64,000 bases of DNA from an uncultured Gemmatimonadota bacterium (lineage in GTDB: Bacteria > SM23-81 > DAOVCL01): positions 128,163-192,162 of the forward strand of contig CAZVGK010000002.1 of assembly GCA_964626665.1 (NCBI GenBank), written 5' to 3'. The notes below the pieces were generated by a model that worked only from the letters and a program-made list of their open reading frames with translations, did not search any database and was not told the DNA's origin. The position numbers and the translations under genes were made by a program. Shown here in pieces: positions 29,637 to 39,804 of the stretch (positions are counted from its first letter, which is position 1; the number at the start of each line of letters is the position of its first letter).

Positions 29637-30884
29637 TCATCTCCCCAGTTTCGAGTCTAAGGGGTTATGAGGGGGTTTCGCTCCTCCCCTGCTCAGGCTC
29701 CAGGAGAGGATGAAGGAGAGAAGACAGAGACCTCCCACTAAGCCAAAGAGAAAGATATAGGAGGAGATGTTAATTATCAAACCGCCCAGGGCCGAGAAGA
29801 AGACAGTGGGGGAGACTATTGTGTTCATAAACCCCACATAGGTGGATCTCTCCTCCTGAGGCGCTATCTCCAAGAGGTAGTTGTTATAGCCTATGTTTAA
29901 ACCGCTTGTCGTAGCCCCTAAGAAAAAGAAGACCAAGCGAAAACTGACTGGCGAAGGGGGAAAAGCAATAGCCAATAAGGGGGAGAGCAGGCCGGAGATA
30001 GAGGTGAGGCTGAGGACAAACCTATTATCCCCCTTGTTGCTCAACCTCCCCCAGATTACATTGGAGAAGATCAATCCGGCCATCTCAAAGGAGATATATG
30101 ATCCAATTAGCTTATCCTGCCCACCCATAATCCTTTGGGCGTAGAGGATATAGAAGGGCATTCCCAGAAGATATGTGCCCAATAAGGTCCTTACGAAGAA
30201 GAAACGACGGTAGTTTGCATCCTCTTTGAATATTTGGGGCCCTTTGAGCAGTGCATCCCTGAGGTTTCTCCTCTCCCCCTGGAGCCATGGTTCCCTGACA
30301 AAACAGAAGAAAATAAGGGCAATGGTGATGGAGATGAAGGCCAGGGTGAAGATGAGGCCAAAGTTGGTTGGAAAGGAATTGTGCACCATTATCTTCTCTA
30401 CTATCCATCCCCCTCCTATCCCTAAGAGGCCACCGAAGAACGTCCTCATCCCAAAGAAGGATCCCCTCCTCTGAGGGGGGATTGTTTTTCCCACGATCTC
30501 CATAAAGGGAACGCCGGCTATCCCTCCAGCCACAGCATAGAGGGTGAAAAGGGAGAAAAAGAGCGGAAGCATAAGCCCTTTCTGGTTACTGAAGAGGAAG
30601 ATGGAGATGGTTAACCCGGCAAAGAAGATGCTTCTTAAGGCAGCCATCCAGATGTAGAGGGGGAGTTTTTTCCCTCTATGTCCCACCAGCCCAGCCACCA
30701 ACATCTGCGGGAGAAACCAGGCGGCCGCTCCCAAATTGGAGGAGAGGCCAATGAGCACTTTAGAGGTAGTTAGTTGGGAGAGGAAGGCGGGGAGGACGGA
30801 TGAGCCCCGGATAAAGGCTGAGGCCAGGTTGAAGAGGGCTCCATTTAGGACACCCAAGGTGAAGTTTCTCCGCTGGCGGTCCAT
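29637..30884 (-). CDS. MFS transporter
   Basis: About 12 TM helices; IPPQRRG, WGRLSNKG, APQEERSTY; start trimmed to MDRQ. Confidence 0.85.
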   Translation of the reverse strand: MDRQRRNFTLGVLNGALFNLASAFIRGSSVLPAFLSQLTTSKVLIGLSSNLGAAAWFLPQMLVAGLVGHRGKKLPLYIWMAALRSIFFAGLTISIFLFSNQKGLMLPLFFSLFTLYAVAGGIAGVPFMEIVGKTIPPQRRGSFFGMRTFFGGLLGIGGGWIVEKIMVHNSFPTNFGLIFTLAFISITIALIFFCFVREPWLQGERRNLRDALLKGPQIFKEDANYRRFFFVRTLLGTYLLGMPFYILYAQRIMGGQDKLIGSYISFEMAGLIFSNVIWGRLSNKGDNRFVLSLTSISGLLSPLLAIAFPPSPVSFRLVFFFLGATTSGLNIGYNNYLLEIAPQEERSTYVGFMNTIVSPTVFFSALGGLIINISSYIFLFGLVGGLCLLSFILSWSLSRGGAKPPHNPLDSKLGR

Positions 30885-31299
30885 AGAAAGGAAAAGGAAG
30901 GGCCAAATTACCCTTCTGTCAACCCATTTCTCCCAAAATGTGAAAGTTCGTGGGAGATTCCATCTTCTCCGGACTCCTACATTCTCCCGGGTGTAATGGA
31001 AGGGTTTACTCGGGATTTGGGCTGTTATGTCAAGGGGATGGGGGGAAGTTGCTGGAGAGAAAGGGATAACTTGCAAAGTGAGGTGATATCCCGATAAATC
31101 GGGATGTCGAGGTCAGTAACCCTCAAAACCGGTGGCCGCAGAAGTTTTTATGTGGGAATTAGCAAAGGTTGGTGCCTTGGTGTATTTACTTTATATTTTA
31201 GGCTCAGGGCCGAGGAGGGGACTGAAGTCACAAAGCCTGAAGGAACCAGTGGCAATAAGAGGCCATACTTTCTGAGTTAAGTTGATCGGGCGCCCTGTA

Positions 31300-31471
31300 C
31301 TACAATTTTGCAAGATATTGTTTTTTTTGACAAAGTTTTTCGTTCCAACCGCAAAAACGCTAAGATCGCAGAGGAAAGCAAAAGGGAAATAAAACGATTA
31401 GTTAAAAATCTTTAAACTTTGCGTCCTTTGCGACTTTGCGGTGAATTATTTGGCTGCGGCTCTGCCGCGCT
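31300..31471. repeat. Intergenic repeat family (CGCAAAG/CTTTGCG arrays); related copies about 43170-43328 and 22639-22665
   Basis: Shared ATAAAACGATT.GTTAAAAATCTTTAAACT and TATTTGG.TGCGGCT.TGCCGCGCT. Confidence 0.7.
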
Positions 31472-31514
31472 ATGGAAACATATTACTGGTAGGCTACGAA
31501 ACCAAAAGAATAGT

Positions 31515-32564
31515 TTAATGGATGAAGCCCTGGAGGGAGACATCAATAACTGGCAGTTTTTTATCGTTTGTATAAAGGTGTAGCTTTTCCATAAATGATC
31601 CAACTGGGGCGTCTGGCTTGACCTGTACCTCTATCTGGTAATTTTGATGTAGTTTTTCTTTCTGGAGAAGGGATATTGTCGCGGTCACATATCCCAACTC
31701 ATCCTTGGCCCTTAATAGTTTAAATTCCTTTCTCTCCCCCACATTTACTGTAAGTTTAAGGGTTCTCTTATGCCCCCGGTGACAGCCGAAGACCAGCTCC
31801 TCTGGACTTGTCCAGATACCTCCCCTGATGGTGCCAATTATGGGGATAGGGATTATTGCCTGCTTCTTGCTGTTTGTATATATCTTCAAACTTTCCGATA
31901 GTTTACCTTGAGGGACCCTGGGCGAAAGGGTAAGGGTTATCTCTACCCCGGGTTTGTCCTCAATAACCTTCTCCTCTTGGTGGGTAGTTAGATAGGGAGC
32001 TGATGACTCTACCCTTTCCACCTTAAGCCTCTTTAATTTCATCGGAAAGAGGTCGATCACCTTTTGGTGGGATTCCCCTAACTCCGCCTGGCCGAAGTCT
32101 ACCCTACGGGGATTGACCCCGATGTCCACCAGAACCTTCCCGGTGATCTGCAGGGCAATCGTGGGTTCATCAGGGTCGTTGGATTGAACATAGATGGCCT
32201 TTCGCACCCAGCCCATATAGTTCTGCGAGTTGAAGACGGCCTTTATCTCTCCCGACTCCCCCGGTTTGAGCTCCTTCTTGGTGTCCAAAGCGGCAATGCA
32301 GCCACAGGTGCTCCCCACCTTCCTTATCTTCAGTAAGGCATTTCCCTTGTTCTTAAACTGGAAACTATGCGCGACCTTCTTCCCCTCATCCACTTCTCCA
32401 AAGTCAAAAACCTTCTCCTTAAAGTAGATATCTGGCCCCTGAGCGCTCTTCCCCTTGGTTGGAGGAACCTGAGGAGAAGGTCCCCTGGTGGTAAAACGGC
32501 AGACCAGGGAGATGGTCAGGATCAGAAGAATCCCGGCAAAAGAAAGGTAAAGTAACCGTTTCAT
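31515..32564 (-). CDS. DUF1573 domain protein (Ig-like repeats)
   Basis: FDFG...F.FKN.G...L.I..V.STCGC motif, SNDP. Confidence 0.85.
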   Translation of the reverse strand: MKRLLYLSFAGILLILTISLVCRFTTRGPSPQVPPTKGKSAQGPDIYFKEKVFDFGEVDEGKKVAHSFQFKNKGNALLKIRKVGSTCGCIAALDTKKELKPGESGEIKAVFNSQNYMGWVRKAIYVQSNDPDEPTIALQITGKVLVDIGVNPRRVDFGQAELGESHQKVIDLFPMKLKRLKVERVESSAPYLTTHQEEKVIEDKPGVEITLTLSPRVPQGKLSESLKIYTNSKKQAIIPIPIIGTIRGGIWTSPEELVFGCHRGHKRTLKLTVNVGERKEFKLLRAKDELGYVTATISLLQKEKLHQNYQIEVQVKPDAPVGSFMEKLHLYTNDKKLPVIDVSLQGFIH

Positions 32565-32619
32565 CTCATTTCTCCCTTAGGTGCAGAAAGCTAAAACCTC
32601 TTTTATCTATCCGACTTTC

Positions 32620-33936
32620 CTAATAGGATTTCCCTAAATTCTTTAAGTGACCTAAGAACTTCCCGTTTAACCTTCTCCACCTGTTTAAGAGATAGCGGGA
32701 GGCGATATAGGTTTTTATGTTATGGCCCAGAGAATAGAAGCTCTTCCAAGCCCAGATGTAGAGTTTCTGTAGCTCCAGGGGTCTCATCTTCTTGGGTTTG
32801 AAGACCACATGGGTGCCATCGTATAAGGACCAATCCTTGGTGAAGATCCTTCCCTCCGCTTCCAAGACGTCATAGAGCCTGGTGCCGGGGATGGGGAAGA
32901 GGATAGAGAACTGGGCGGTGTCTAAATCGTATTTGTGGCAGAAATCCACTGTGTGCTGCACCGTTTGGGAATCGTCTTCGTCTGAGCCCAAAACGAACAT
33001 ACCGTGTACCCTTATATTGTTGGCTTTGACCTTTTTGATGCTGTTGAGAATATCATCTACTGTTTGTCTCTTGTTGTAACTCAGCAAGGTCTGCGGGCTC
33101 ACCGACTCCAACCCCAAAAAGAGGACCAGACAGCCTGCCTGGGACATAAGCCTGAGAAGCTCATCATCCTTAGCTACATCTACCCTGGTCTCTGCTGACC
33201 AGGTGAACTTATAATCTTTCCTCAGTAAACCCTCTAACATAACCTTTGTCCCCTCCTGGTTGGCGGCGAAGTTGTCATCATAGAAGAAGAATTTGTGGTA
33301 GCCAGAGCGCAGGCGATAGCCGATCTCGTCCACAATTGCCTCTGGGCTGCGAAACCTGTATTTACGGCCAAACATCTTGGTCACCGAACAGAAGATGCAG
33401 TCATAGGGACAGCCGCGGGAGGTGGAGATGGGGACAAAACGGAGGTTTGCATCCACCCTGTCCAGAAGGGATAAATCCGGAATGGGAAGGGTGTCCAGAT
33501 CCTCCACTGGCGCCCCTTTAACTATCTTGTCGGTTGTATTCCCCTCTACTACATCAACTATCTGGTGTTCTGCCTCCCCGGTGATCACCGTGTCCGCGTA
33601 TTCCGCGGCCTCCTCGGCCCGGAAGGTGGCATGGGGACCGCCCATTAAGAGTCTAATGTCCGGCCTTTGTCTTCTGATGGCTTGAGCTATCTGGTAGCCA
33701 CGATTGACCGTGGAGGTCATAGAGGAAATCCCCACCACATCAGCGTCCAGTATTGCGGGGTGCAGCCTTCCCTTTTTTTCGTCGTAGGCTGTGGTATAGT
33801 TTTCGGTTATGATTTTAACCTGATGTCCCCCCTTCTTCAGGATGGTGCCCAGATAGATAGGTCCTAAAAGGGGAAGCTTAAAGTAACTGTAGGCATTGAA
33901 GATGCCTCGAGGCTCGATGAAAACAACCTTACTCAG
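32620..33936 (-). CDS. B12-binding radical SAM protein, probable CTG start
   Basis: SRGCPYDCIFC, GGPHAT; frame extends 66 codons past the track start to CTG after AAGGAG, giving xSKVVFIEPRG...LPLLGPIYLGTILK. Confidence 0.88.
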   Translation of the reverse strand: MSKVVFIEPRGIFNAYSYFKLPLLGPIYLGTILKKGGHQVKIITENYTTAYDEKKGRLHPAILDADVVGISSMTSTVNRGYQIAQAIRRQRPDIRLLMGGPHATFRAEEAAEYADTVITGEAEHQIVDVVEGNTTDKIVKGAPVEDLDTLPIPDLSLLDRVDANLRFVPISTSRGCPYDCIFCSVTKMFGRKYRFRSPEAIVDEIGYRLRSGYHKFFFYDDNFAANQEGTKVMLEGLLRKDYKFTWSAETRVDVAKDDELLRLMSQAGCLVLFLGLESVSPQTLLSYNKRQTVDDILNSIKKVKANNIRVHGMFVLGSDEDDSQTVQHTVDFCHKYDLDTAQFSILFPIPGTRLYDVLEAEGRIFTKDWSLYDGTHVVFKPKKMRPLELQKLYIWAWKSFYSLGHNIKTYIASRYLLNRWRRLNGKFLGHLKNLGKSY

Positions 33937-34349
33937 TTTTTCTCCTTCTCTTTTCTGTATTCGGTTCTCACCTTTGTGCTGATTCCTCCGCGGCTGGTAA
34001 ACTCCCCCAAGACCTCCATATATTTGGGCTGGGCCATCGAGACCAGGTCATTTAAGATCTGATTGACCAAATGTTCGTAAAATATCCCCACCTGACGGTA
34101 TTGCAGGAGGTAGTATTTGAGGGATTTCAACTCTATGATCAGCCCCCCGGGGATATATCGGATGGTGAGCTTACCAAAGTCGGGGAGACCAGTTTGGGGG
34201 CAGAGGGAGGTGAATTCAGGACAGGAGATCTCCACCTGGATATCTCTCTTCCCCTGATAGCTGTAGTTAACGACCTCCAATAAGTTTGGGTCAACTTCCT
34301 GGGGTGATTCTACTTTATCCTTTAACTTACGGCGAAATTCCTGTTCCAT
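33933..34349 (-). CDS. queF: NADPH-dependent preQ0 reductase (unimodular)
   Basis: PEFTSLCPQTGLPDF, ELKSLKYYL, RGGI. Confidence 0.95.
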   Translation of the reverse strand: MEQEFRRKLKDKVESPQEVDPNLLEVVNYSYQGKRDIQVEISCPEFTSLCPQTGLPDFGKLTIRYIPGGLIIELKSLKYYLLQYRQVGIFYEHLVNQILNDLVSMAQPKYMEVLGEFTSRGGISTKVRTEYRKEKEKN

Positions 34350-34533
34350 CAAAGAAGATTATACTAAATAAATCTCCTTAGGTCAAGGGATTTTAGATTT
34401 CACAACCAATTTTTGGGGTTGCTTTTTTTAGGTGGAACTGTATCTTGGGATGATATTGCTTTGCCTTAGTTGAGAACGAACGCTTCAGGGATTGAATTCC
34501 TGACCCCAATTTATCGTTCGAAAGGAGCAAGAG

Positions 34534-35763
34534 ATGGGTCTCTTTATAGCTGATTTCCATATACATTCCCGATTTAGCCGGGCCACGAGTTCCTCGATAA
34601 ATATAGAGAGCCTCAGCCGAGAGGCCAGAAGGAAAGGGATCAACCTCTTAGGGACAGGGGATTTTACCCATCCCGGATGGTTAGCGGAGCTTAAAGGAAA
34701 TCTTACCCCCCAGGGTGATGGCCTCTTTGAGCACGAGGGTGTCCTTTTTATCCTCACCGTGGAGGTGAGCAACGATTTCTATCATAAGGGAAAGTTCAAG
34801 AGAATACACAACCTCATCTTTGCCCCCAGCTTTGAGGCCGTCGAGAGGATAAACCGAGTTCTCTCCCGATTTGGTGGCTTGGAGAAGGATGGCCGTCCCA
34901 GCCTGCACCTTCCCGCAGAGGATATAGTAAGGTTGATCTTAGAGGTTTCCCCGCAATCCCTGATTGTCCCCGCTCATGTGTGGACCCCCTGGTTCTCCCT
35001 CTTCGGGGCCAACTCCGGATTTAACTCAGTGGAGGAGTGTTTTGGCCAGCAGACTCCCTACATCTATGCCCTGGAGACGGGGCTTTCCTCAGATCCCCCG
35101 ATGAATTGGAGACTGCAGAGCTTGGATAGATATACCCTGATCTCCAACTCCGATGCCCATTCCCCCACTCGCTTAGGTCGGGAGGCCAATGTCTTCTCCC
35201 AGCCCCTAAATTATTTAGAGCTGGTCAAGGCCATAAAGGAAAAGGACTCCGGGAAACTCCTTTACACCATCGAGTTCTTCCCTCAGGAGGGGAAATACCA
35301 CTGGGATGGCCACCGGAAGTGTGGCGTCCGCCTCTCTCCCCGTGAAGCCATAGCCAACTATAACCTCTGCCCCATCTGTCAGAGAAGGTTGACCATAGGG
35401 GTGATGCACAGAATAGAGGAGTTGGCAGATCGTCCAGAGGGTTTTCGCCCCCCGGGGGCCATTCCCTGCAAACATCTTGTTCCCTTGGTGGAGATTATAT
35501 CTCAGGTTTTGGGGAAGGGGCGGGATACCGTTACTGTGAGTTCCCTTTATGAGAGGATGACCGATTCCCTTGGACCGGAGTTTGAGATCCTCTTAGATAA
35601 GGGAAGAGAGGAGATAGCCAGGGTTGCCCCTCCTCAGGTGGCTGATGCCATTCTCCAGGTGAGGGAGGGGGAGGTAGAGATAACCCCAGGATATGATGGG
35701 GTCTATGGCCAGGTGAGGATAAAAACAGGAGAGGAAACCCCTCCTCAGATGGAGCTCTTTTAG
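34534..35763 (+). CDS. PHP-domain endonuclease Q family protein
   Basis: ADFHIHSRFS, GTGDFTHP, ETGLSSD, SNSDAHS, GKYHWDGHRKC, PGYDGVYG. Confidence 0.9.
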   Translation: MGLFIADFHIHSRFSRATSSSINIESLSREARRKGINLLGTGDFTHPGWLAELKGNLTPQGDGLFEHEGVLFILTVEVSNDFYHKGKFKRIHNLIFAPSFEAVERINRVLSRFGGLEKDGRPSLHLPAEDIVRLILEVSPQSLIVPAHVWTPWFSLFGANSGFNSVEECFGQQTPYIYALETGLSSDPPMNWRLQSLDRYTLISNSDAHSPTRLGREANVFSQPLNYLELVKAIKEKDSGKLLYTIEFFPQEGKYHWDGHRKCGVRLSPREAIANYNLCPICQRRLTIGVMHRIEELADRPEGFRPPGAIPCKHLVPLVEIISQVLGKGRDTVTVSSLYERMTDSLGPEFEILLDKGREEIARVAPPQVADAILQVREGEVEITPGYDGVYGQVRIKTGEETPPQMELF

Positions 35764-35766
35764 GAG

Positions 35767-36687
35767 ATGGCCAATTTAAGGTTGATTACCCTGGGAACCG
35801 GAGGGATGATCCCCTCCCTGAGTAGGGGGCTGCCCTCTACTGCCTTGAAGAGGGGTGGGGAGATAATCCTTTTTGACTGTGGGGAGGGAACACAGGTTCA
35901 GGTGATGAAAGCAGGGATCGGCTTCGGGGGGATAAAGAGGATTTTCATCTCTCATCTCCACGGAGATCACATAACCGGTCTCCCCGGCTTCCTGATGACC
36001 TTAAGCCAGACCAACCGCCAGGATCCCCTTTATATCTTTGGACCTCCTGGGTTAAAGGGTTTCTGGAGCGCCCTTGGTCGGACATTGGGATTTAAAACGG
36101 GGTATGAGGTGGTTATCCAGGAGATAGAAGGGGATTTCCAGATGGAGGGTGATGGCTATAGCATTAAAGCAACCCCTGTGGATCACACCATCTTCTGTTT
36201 GGCTTATGCCCTGATAGAGGATGAGAGGCCGGGTAAGTTCGATAAGAGTAAGGCACTGAGTTTGGGGGTTCCCGAAGGCCCATTCTTCGGCAGGCTACAG
36301 AGGGGAGAGGAGATAACCATCCCCAATGGTTTGGTGGTTGAGCCTTCCGATGTCCTCGGTCCTAATAGAAGGGGAAGGAGGATTGTCTATGCGGTGGATA
36401 CTAGGCCCTGCGAGGGGGTAGTGGGTCTGGCCCAAGGGGCAGATGTTCTGGTCCACGAGGGGGTCTTTGGAGAGGAGCTCAGGGAGGAAGCCAATTTGCG
36501 GGGCCATTCCACCGTAGTCCAGGCGGCGGAGGTAGCCCAAAGGGCTAGGGTGGGGAGGCTTATCCTCACCCACATCAGCCCCCGATACAAAGATGTAAAG
36601 GAATTGCTTGCCCAGGCCAGGGCGGTTTTCCCTCGGACAACCATCGCCTGGGATCTGATGGAGTGGGAGGTCCCGGTGCACAAATAG
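35767..36687 (+). CDS. rnz: Ribonuclease Z
   Basis: FDCGEG, SHLHGDH, GVPEGP flexible arm, THISPRY. Confidence 0.95.
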   Translation: MANLRLITLGTGGMIPSLSRGLPSTALKRGGEIILFDCGEGTQVQVMKAGIGFGGIKRIFISHLHGDHITGLPGFLMTLSQTNRQDPLYIFGPPGLKGFWSALGRTLGFKTGYEVVIQEIEGDFQMEGDGYSIKATPVDHTIFCLAYALIEDERPGKFDKSKALSLGVPEGPFFGRLQRGEEITIPNGLVVEPSDVLGPNRRGRRIVYAVDTRPCEGVVGLAQGADVLVHEGVFGEELREEANLRGHSTVVQAAEVAQRARVGRLILTHISPRYKDVKELLAQARAVFPRTTIAWDLMEWEVPVHK

Positions 36688-37452
36688 GCCCTAACCTGAT
36701 CTGTTCACTGAGGGGGCAGAAACCCTTTTCTGTCCCCAGAATGTTAAACCTCCCGCAACTCTTTTTTAGACTCTTCTCCCTCTAACTTCCAAACCCTGGT
36801 AGCCGCAGACTTCAGTCTGCGTTCCATCGCCACCCAGGAGAAGATAGAAGTGATTTCACCCTCTCTTTAATCCTCCCCCGTTAAGGGGGAGGAGAGTGTT
36901 TTGATTCCCGCTCTGTGAGGAGGGGTTCCCTGTAGAGATAGATCTTTAGTCTTCTCCGAGGAGGGCTTAATGAGGGCAGAACCTCACCAGTATGGAAATC
37001 CTGTTATCCTGTCAAAAAAGCCCCACCGCTTATGGCCAAGTTCACCCACGGTTCTTTTTGTAAAAATAGGAAGTGTCCCTATTTTTTCTATTTTTTTTGT
37101 TTTTCCTTTTTTGGTGACTGAGAAGTCCACAAGTTAGTTCACTTCATTCACTAACTTCCAATCCCGATTCTCTCGGGATATGGCGTCCCGCCAGCTCACA
37201 CCGAAATCCTGTTACCCCTTGGGGGAAAGCATATCCTTTCCCCCAAACCCCCTGATGGTCGTCTCGGAAATTGTGGAATTTCCGAGACGGCAAGGCTGCT
37301 ACACTTCCTAAGTTCCCTTAGGAGATTACCTGGGGCACTTAACCCAAAACCCCTACTCCACCTCCTCACAGGTTCCTTTACCCCTCTTCCTCTGGTCGCT
37401 ATCTATCCCTAACCATAGGTCCTTGTCTCTTCAGCAATGCTTCCCCTATGAC

Positions 37453-38250
37453 CTACCCACTCCTTTTCAACTTCCCCGTCTTTTTGGCGTAGGTCTCGGC
37501 CAAATTGAATATGAAGAGCCCTAAGGGGATGAACAGAAGGCCGATAATTAGGAGGAACAAAAGAGTGTCCCACATCTGACCGAGAGAGCTTCCCTTCAGA
37601 AGGGCGGCCCTCATTGCCCTTAAGGTATAGGTGGCCGGGGAGACGACCGAGAGGGGACGAATCCATCTGGGGAGCACGCTTATCTCATAATAGACGCCAG
37701 AGACCAAAAGGAGGACAGCCTGAAAGATGTGGGTCGCCTGGGAGCCCTTCTCTGGGGACATCAGGGGGAGGACGGCAGCCATTAACCCCAACCCAATGAA
37801 AGAGAGGCTGGAGACCACCAGAATCACCAGGGCAGCGCCAAAGTTGGCATTTTGCAGGCTGAGGTTAAAGAAGAGAGCAACGGCGAGCAATAAAACCACC
37901 GTCCTGATTATCCCATAGCCAATGGCATAGAGACACATCCCCCCTAAGTGGGTAAATCGGTGCACAGGGGCCATAAAGGTGTATTCGATCGTTCCCTCCC
38001 ATCTCTCCCAGGAGACCGATTCGCTCACCTCGTGGAAGAGGATGGAGAGAAAGCCCCAGATCATTGCCCCCACTACCAGATAGAGGACCTTATCTTTTCC
38101 CTGGGTTACCCCGATGAAGCCAATGGTTAAGGCGTTGACGATGTTGTAGACCAGAAAGACGATCTCCCAACCCAAATACCTCTTCACTAAGTTGAAGTTC
38201 CTTTCCACAAAGCCATAACAGGCCTTTAATTCAAAGATTGCTTGGCTCAT
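37453..38250 (-). CDS. ABC-2 type exporter permease
   Basis: ERWEGTIEY; 6 TM helices; SGVYY..LP.W. Confidence 0.9.
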   Translation of the reverse strand: MSQAIFELKACYGFVERNFNLVKRYLGWEIVFLVYNIVNALTIGFIGVTQGKDKVLYLVVGAMIWGFLSILFHEVSESVSWERWEGTIEYTFMAPVHRFTHLGGMCLYAIGYGIIRTVVLLLAVALFFNLSLQNANFGAALVILVVSSLSFIGLGLMAAVLPLMSPEKGSQATHIFQAVLLLVSGVYYEISVLPRWIRPLSVVSPATYTLRAMRAALLKGSSLGQMWDTLLFLLIIGLLFIPLGLFIFNLAETYAKKTGKLKRSG

Positions 38251-39056
38251 TCCTCTTCCTCCCAACCCTTTCCGGTGAGTTCCATAAAGACATCCTCTAA
38301 ACTTTTCCCCTTTACCATAAGTTTTAGGTTCTGGGGGGTATCCAAGGCCACAAACCTTCCCCGGTCAATTATGGCTACCCGATCACATATCTTCTCTGCC
38401 TCGTCCATATCATGGGTGGTGAGCAGGACAGTGGAGTTGTGGTCCTCCCTCACCTGGAGGATGAACTCCTGCACCTGCCTCTTCGATTTTGGGTCCAGGC
38501 CAGTGGTGGGCTCATCTAAGAGCAGGAGCACCGGGGAGGTGAAGAATGCCCGGGCAATGGCCACCATTTGCTGCATCCCCCGGGAGAGGTTTTCCATTGG
38601 TTGATTTATCTTTCCCTTCTGAAAACCGAACCTCTGCAGGATCTCTCTGGCCCTCCCCTTGGCCTCTTTTATGGGAACGCCATACAGGCGGGCCGCATAG
38701 CTCAGGTTCTCCCAACAGGAGAGCTTCTTGAAAAATGCCGCATCCACCGAAACCCTATTTATCATCCTCCTTACCTTTAACCCCTGCTTAACTACATCCA
38801 GTCCGAAAACCTCTATTTGGCCAGTATCTGGCAGAAGTAGGGTAGAGATAAGCCTGACCAGGGTGGACTTCCCGGATCCGTTGGGGCCGACGACCCCCAA
38901 TATCTCCCCTCGGTTCACCTCAAGGTTGAGGGAGTTTACTGCAACTGTCCTCTTCTTTCTACTGCCCCAACCAAACAGCCCTTTCCTTGGCTCCCCACCT
39001 GGTCTCTTTTCATAGAAAAACTTGGTAATTCCCTGACAATTAATGGCTAAATTCAT
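38247..39056 (-). CDS. ABC exporter ATP-binding protein
   Basis: GPNGSGKST, LSRGMQQ, LLDEPT, TTHD. Confidence 0.95.
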   Translation of the reverse strand: MNLAINCQGITKFFYEKRPGGEPRKGLFGWGSRKKRTVAVNSLNLEVNRGEILGVVGPNGSGKSTLVRLISTLLLPDTGQIEVFGLDVVKQGLKVRRMINRVSVDAAFFKKLSCWENLSYAARLYGVPIKEAKGRAREILQRFGFQKGKINQPMENLSRGMQQMVAIARAFFTSPVLLLLDEPTTGLDPKSKRQVQEFILQVREDHNSTVLLTTHDMDEAEKICDRVAIIDRGRFVALDTPQNLKLMVKGKSLEDVFMELTGKGWEEEE

Positions 39057-39092
39057 CTTCTGGATTCTCCTTGATTAAAAGATGGATATAAT

Positions 39093-39126
39093 AAAAAAGG
39101 CCGTGGGTTTGGAGGCATCCACGGCC
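39093..39126 (-). terminator. Leader (attenuator) terminator upstream of the ABC operon
   Basis: GGCCGTGG-12 nt-CCACGGCC-TTTTTT, 5' of the first gene. Confidence 0.8.
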
Positions 39127-39152
39127 AAGTTAAGTAAACAATCGATTAATGG

Positions 39153-39245
39153 TTAACTTTCGGTAATGGATAGACTCCTCCCTTGAATGAATGAAATTGG
39201 ATTCATAATGATAAGGGAAATTGTTATCCTCGGAAAATTAGCCAT
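39153..39245 (-). CDS. Putative 30-aa leader peptide MANFPRITISLIIMNPISFIQGRSLSITES
   Basis: Lies between a TTGACA-17-TATTTT promoter (39272-39300) and the leader terminator. Confidence 0.5.
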   Translation of the reverse strand: MANFPRITISLIIMNPISFIQGRSLSITES

Positions 39246-39804
39246 CAGATCTCGCACCTTTAGTTTTATATAAAATAATCAATCGATTCCTTCCTGTCAA
39301 GGAAAATTTTCGAGACTGCCTCATAAGGCAAGATCTTAAAATTTGTGTCAAGTTTTGGGGACCTAAAGGAAGAGGTGAAGAATAAGCTTAGCCCCAGGCC
39401 CCTTGGTTGCAGGTTTTTTCATTCTTAATTCTACATTCTCCATTTTACATTCGAAGCTTCGCTAAAAGAATTAGGGTCAGCCTGCAAATTTCAAATTCTT
39501 ATCGTAGATGAATGTATCCCGCTGACGGGTTGAACCTTGCGGAGTAAATTTTGTTGTTGATCTTATCTCTTGCGAGTATAAAAATTTGTGCTATATTTGC
39601 TCTATTGCTGACCTTTTCAATAGGCTTAATATGTGCCTGGTTCTTAACATCTATTAGCCCGCTTCTGGGTTATAAAGGAGTTAGAGGGAAAGGGTTCCTG
39701 AAGAGGGAGCTTCACCTTCATAATGAGAGGGCGATATCGATTCTCTTAGATGTGGAAGAGATGATTAAGTTTAAGGATGAACATATAACAGGAAGATTTG
39801 AGAG

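Noticed and set aside
33827-33832. Frameshift in a G6 run explaining the short radical SAM ORF
   Set aside because: On recounting, the frame is continuous (AAG AAG GGG GGA CAT); the issue is the start codon.
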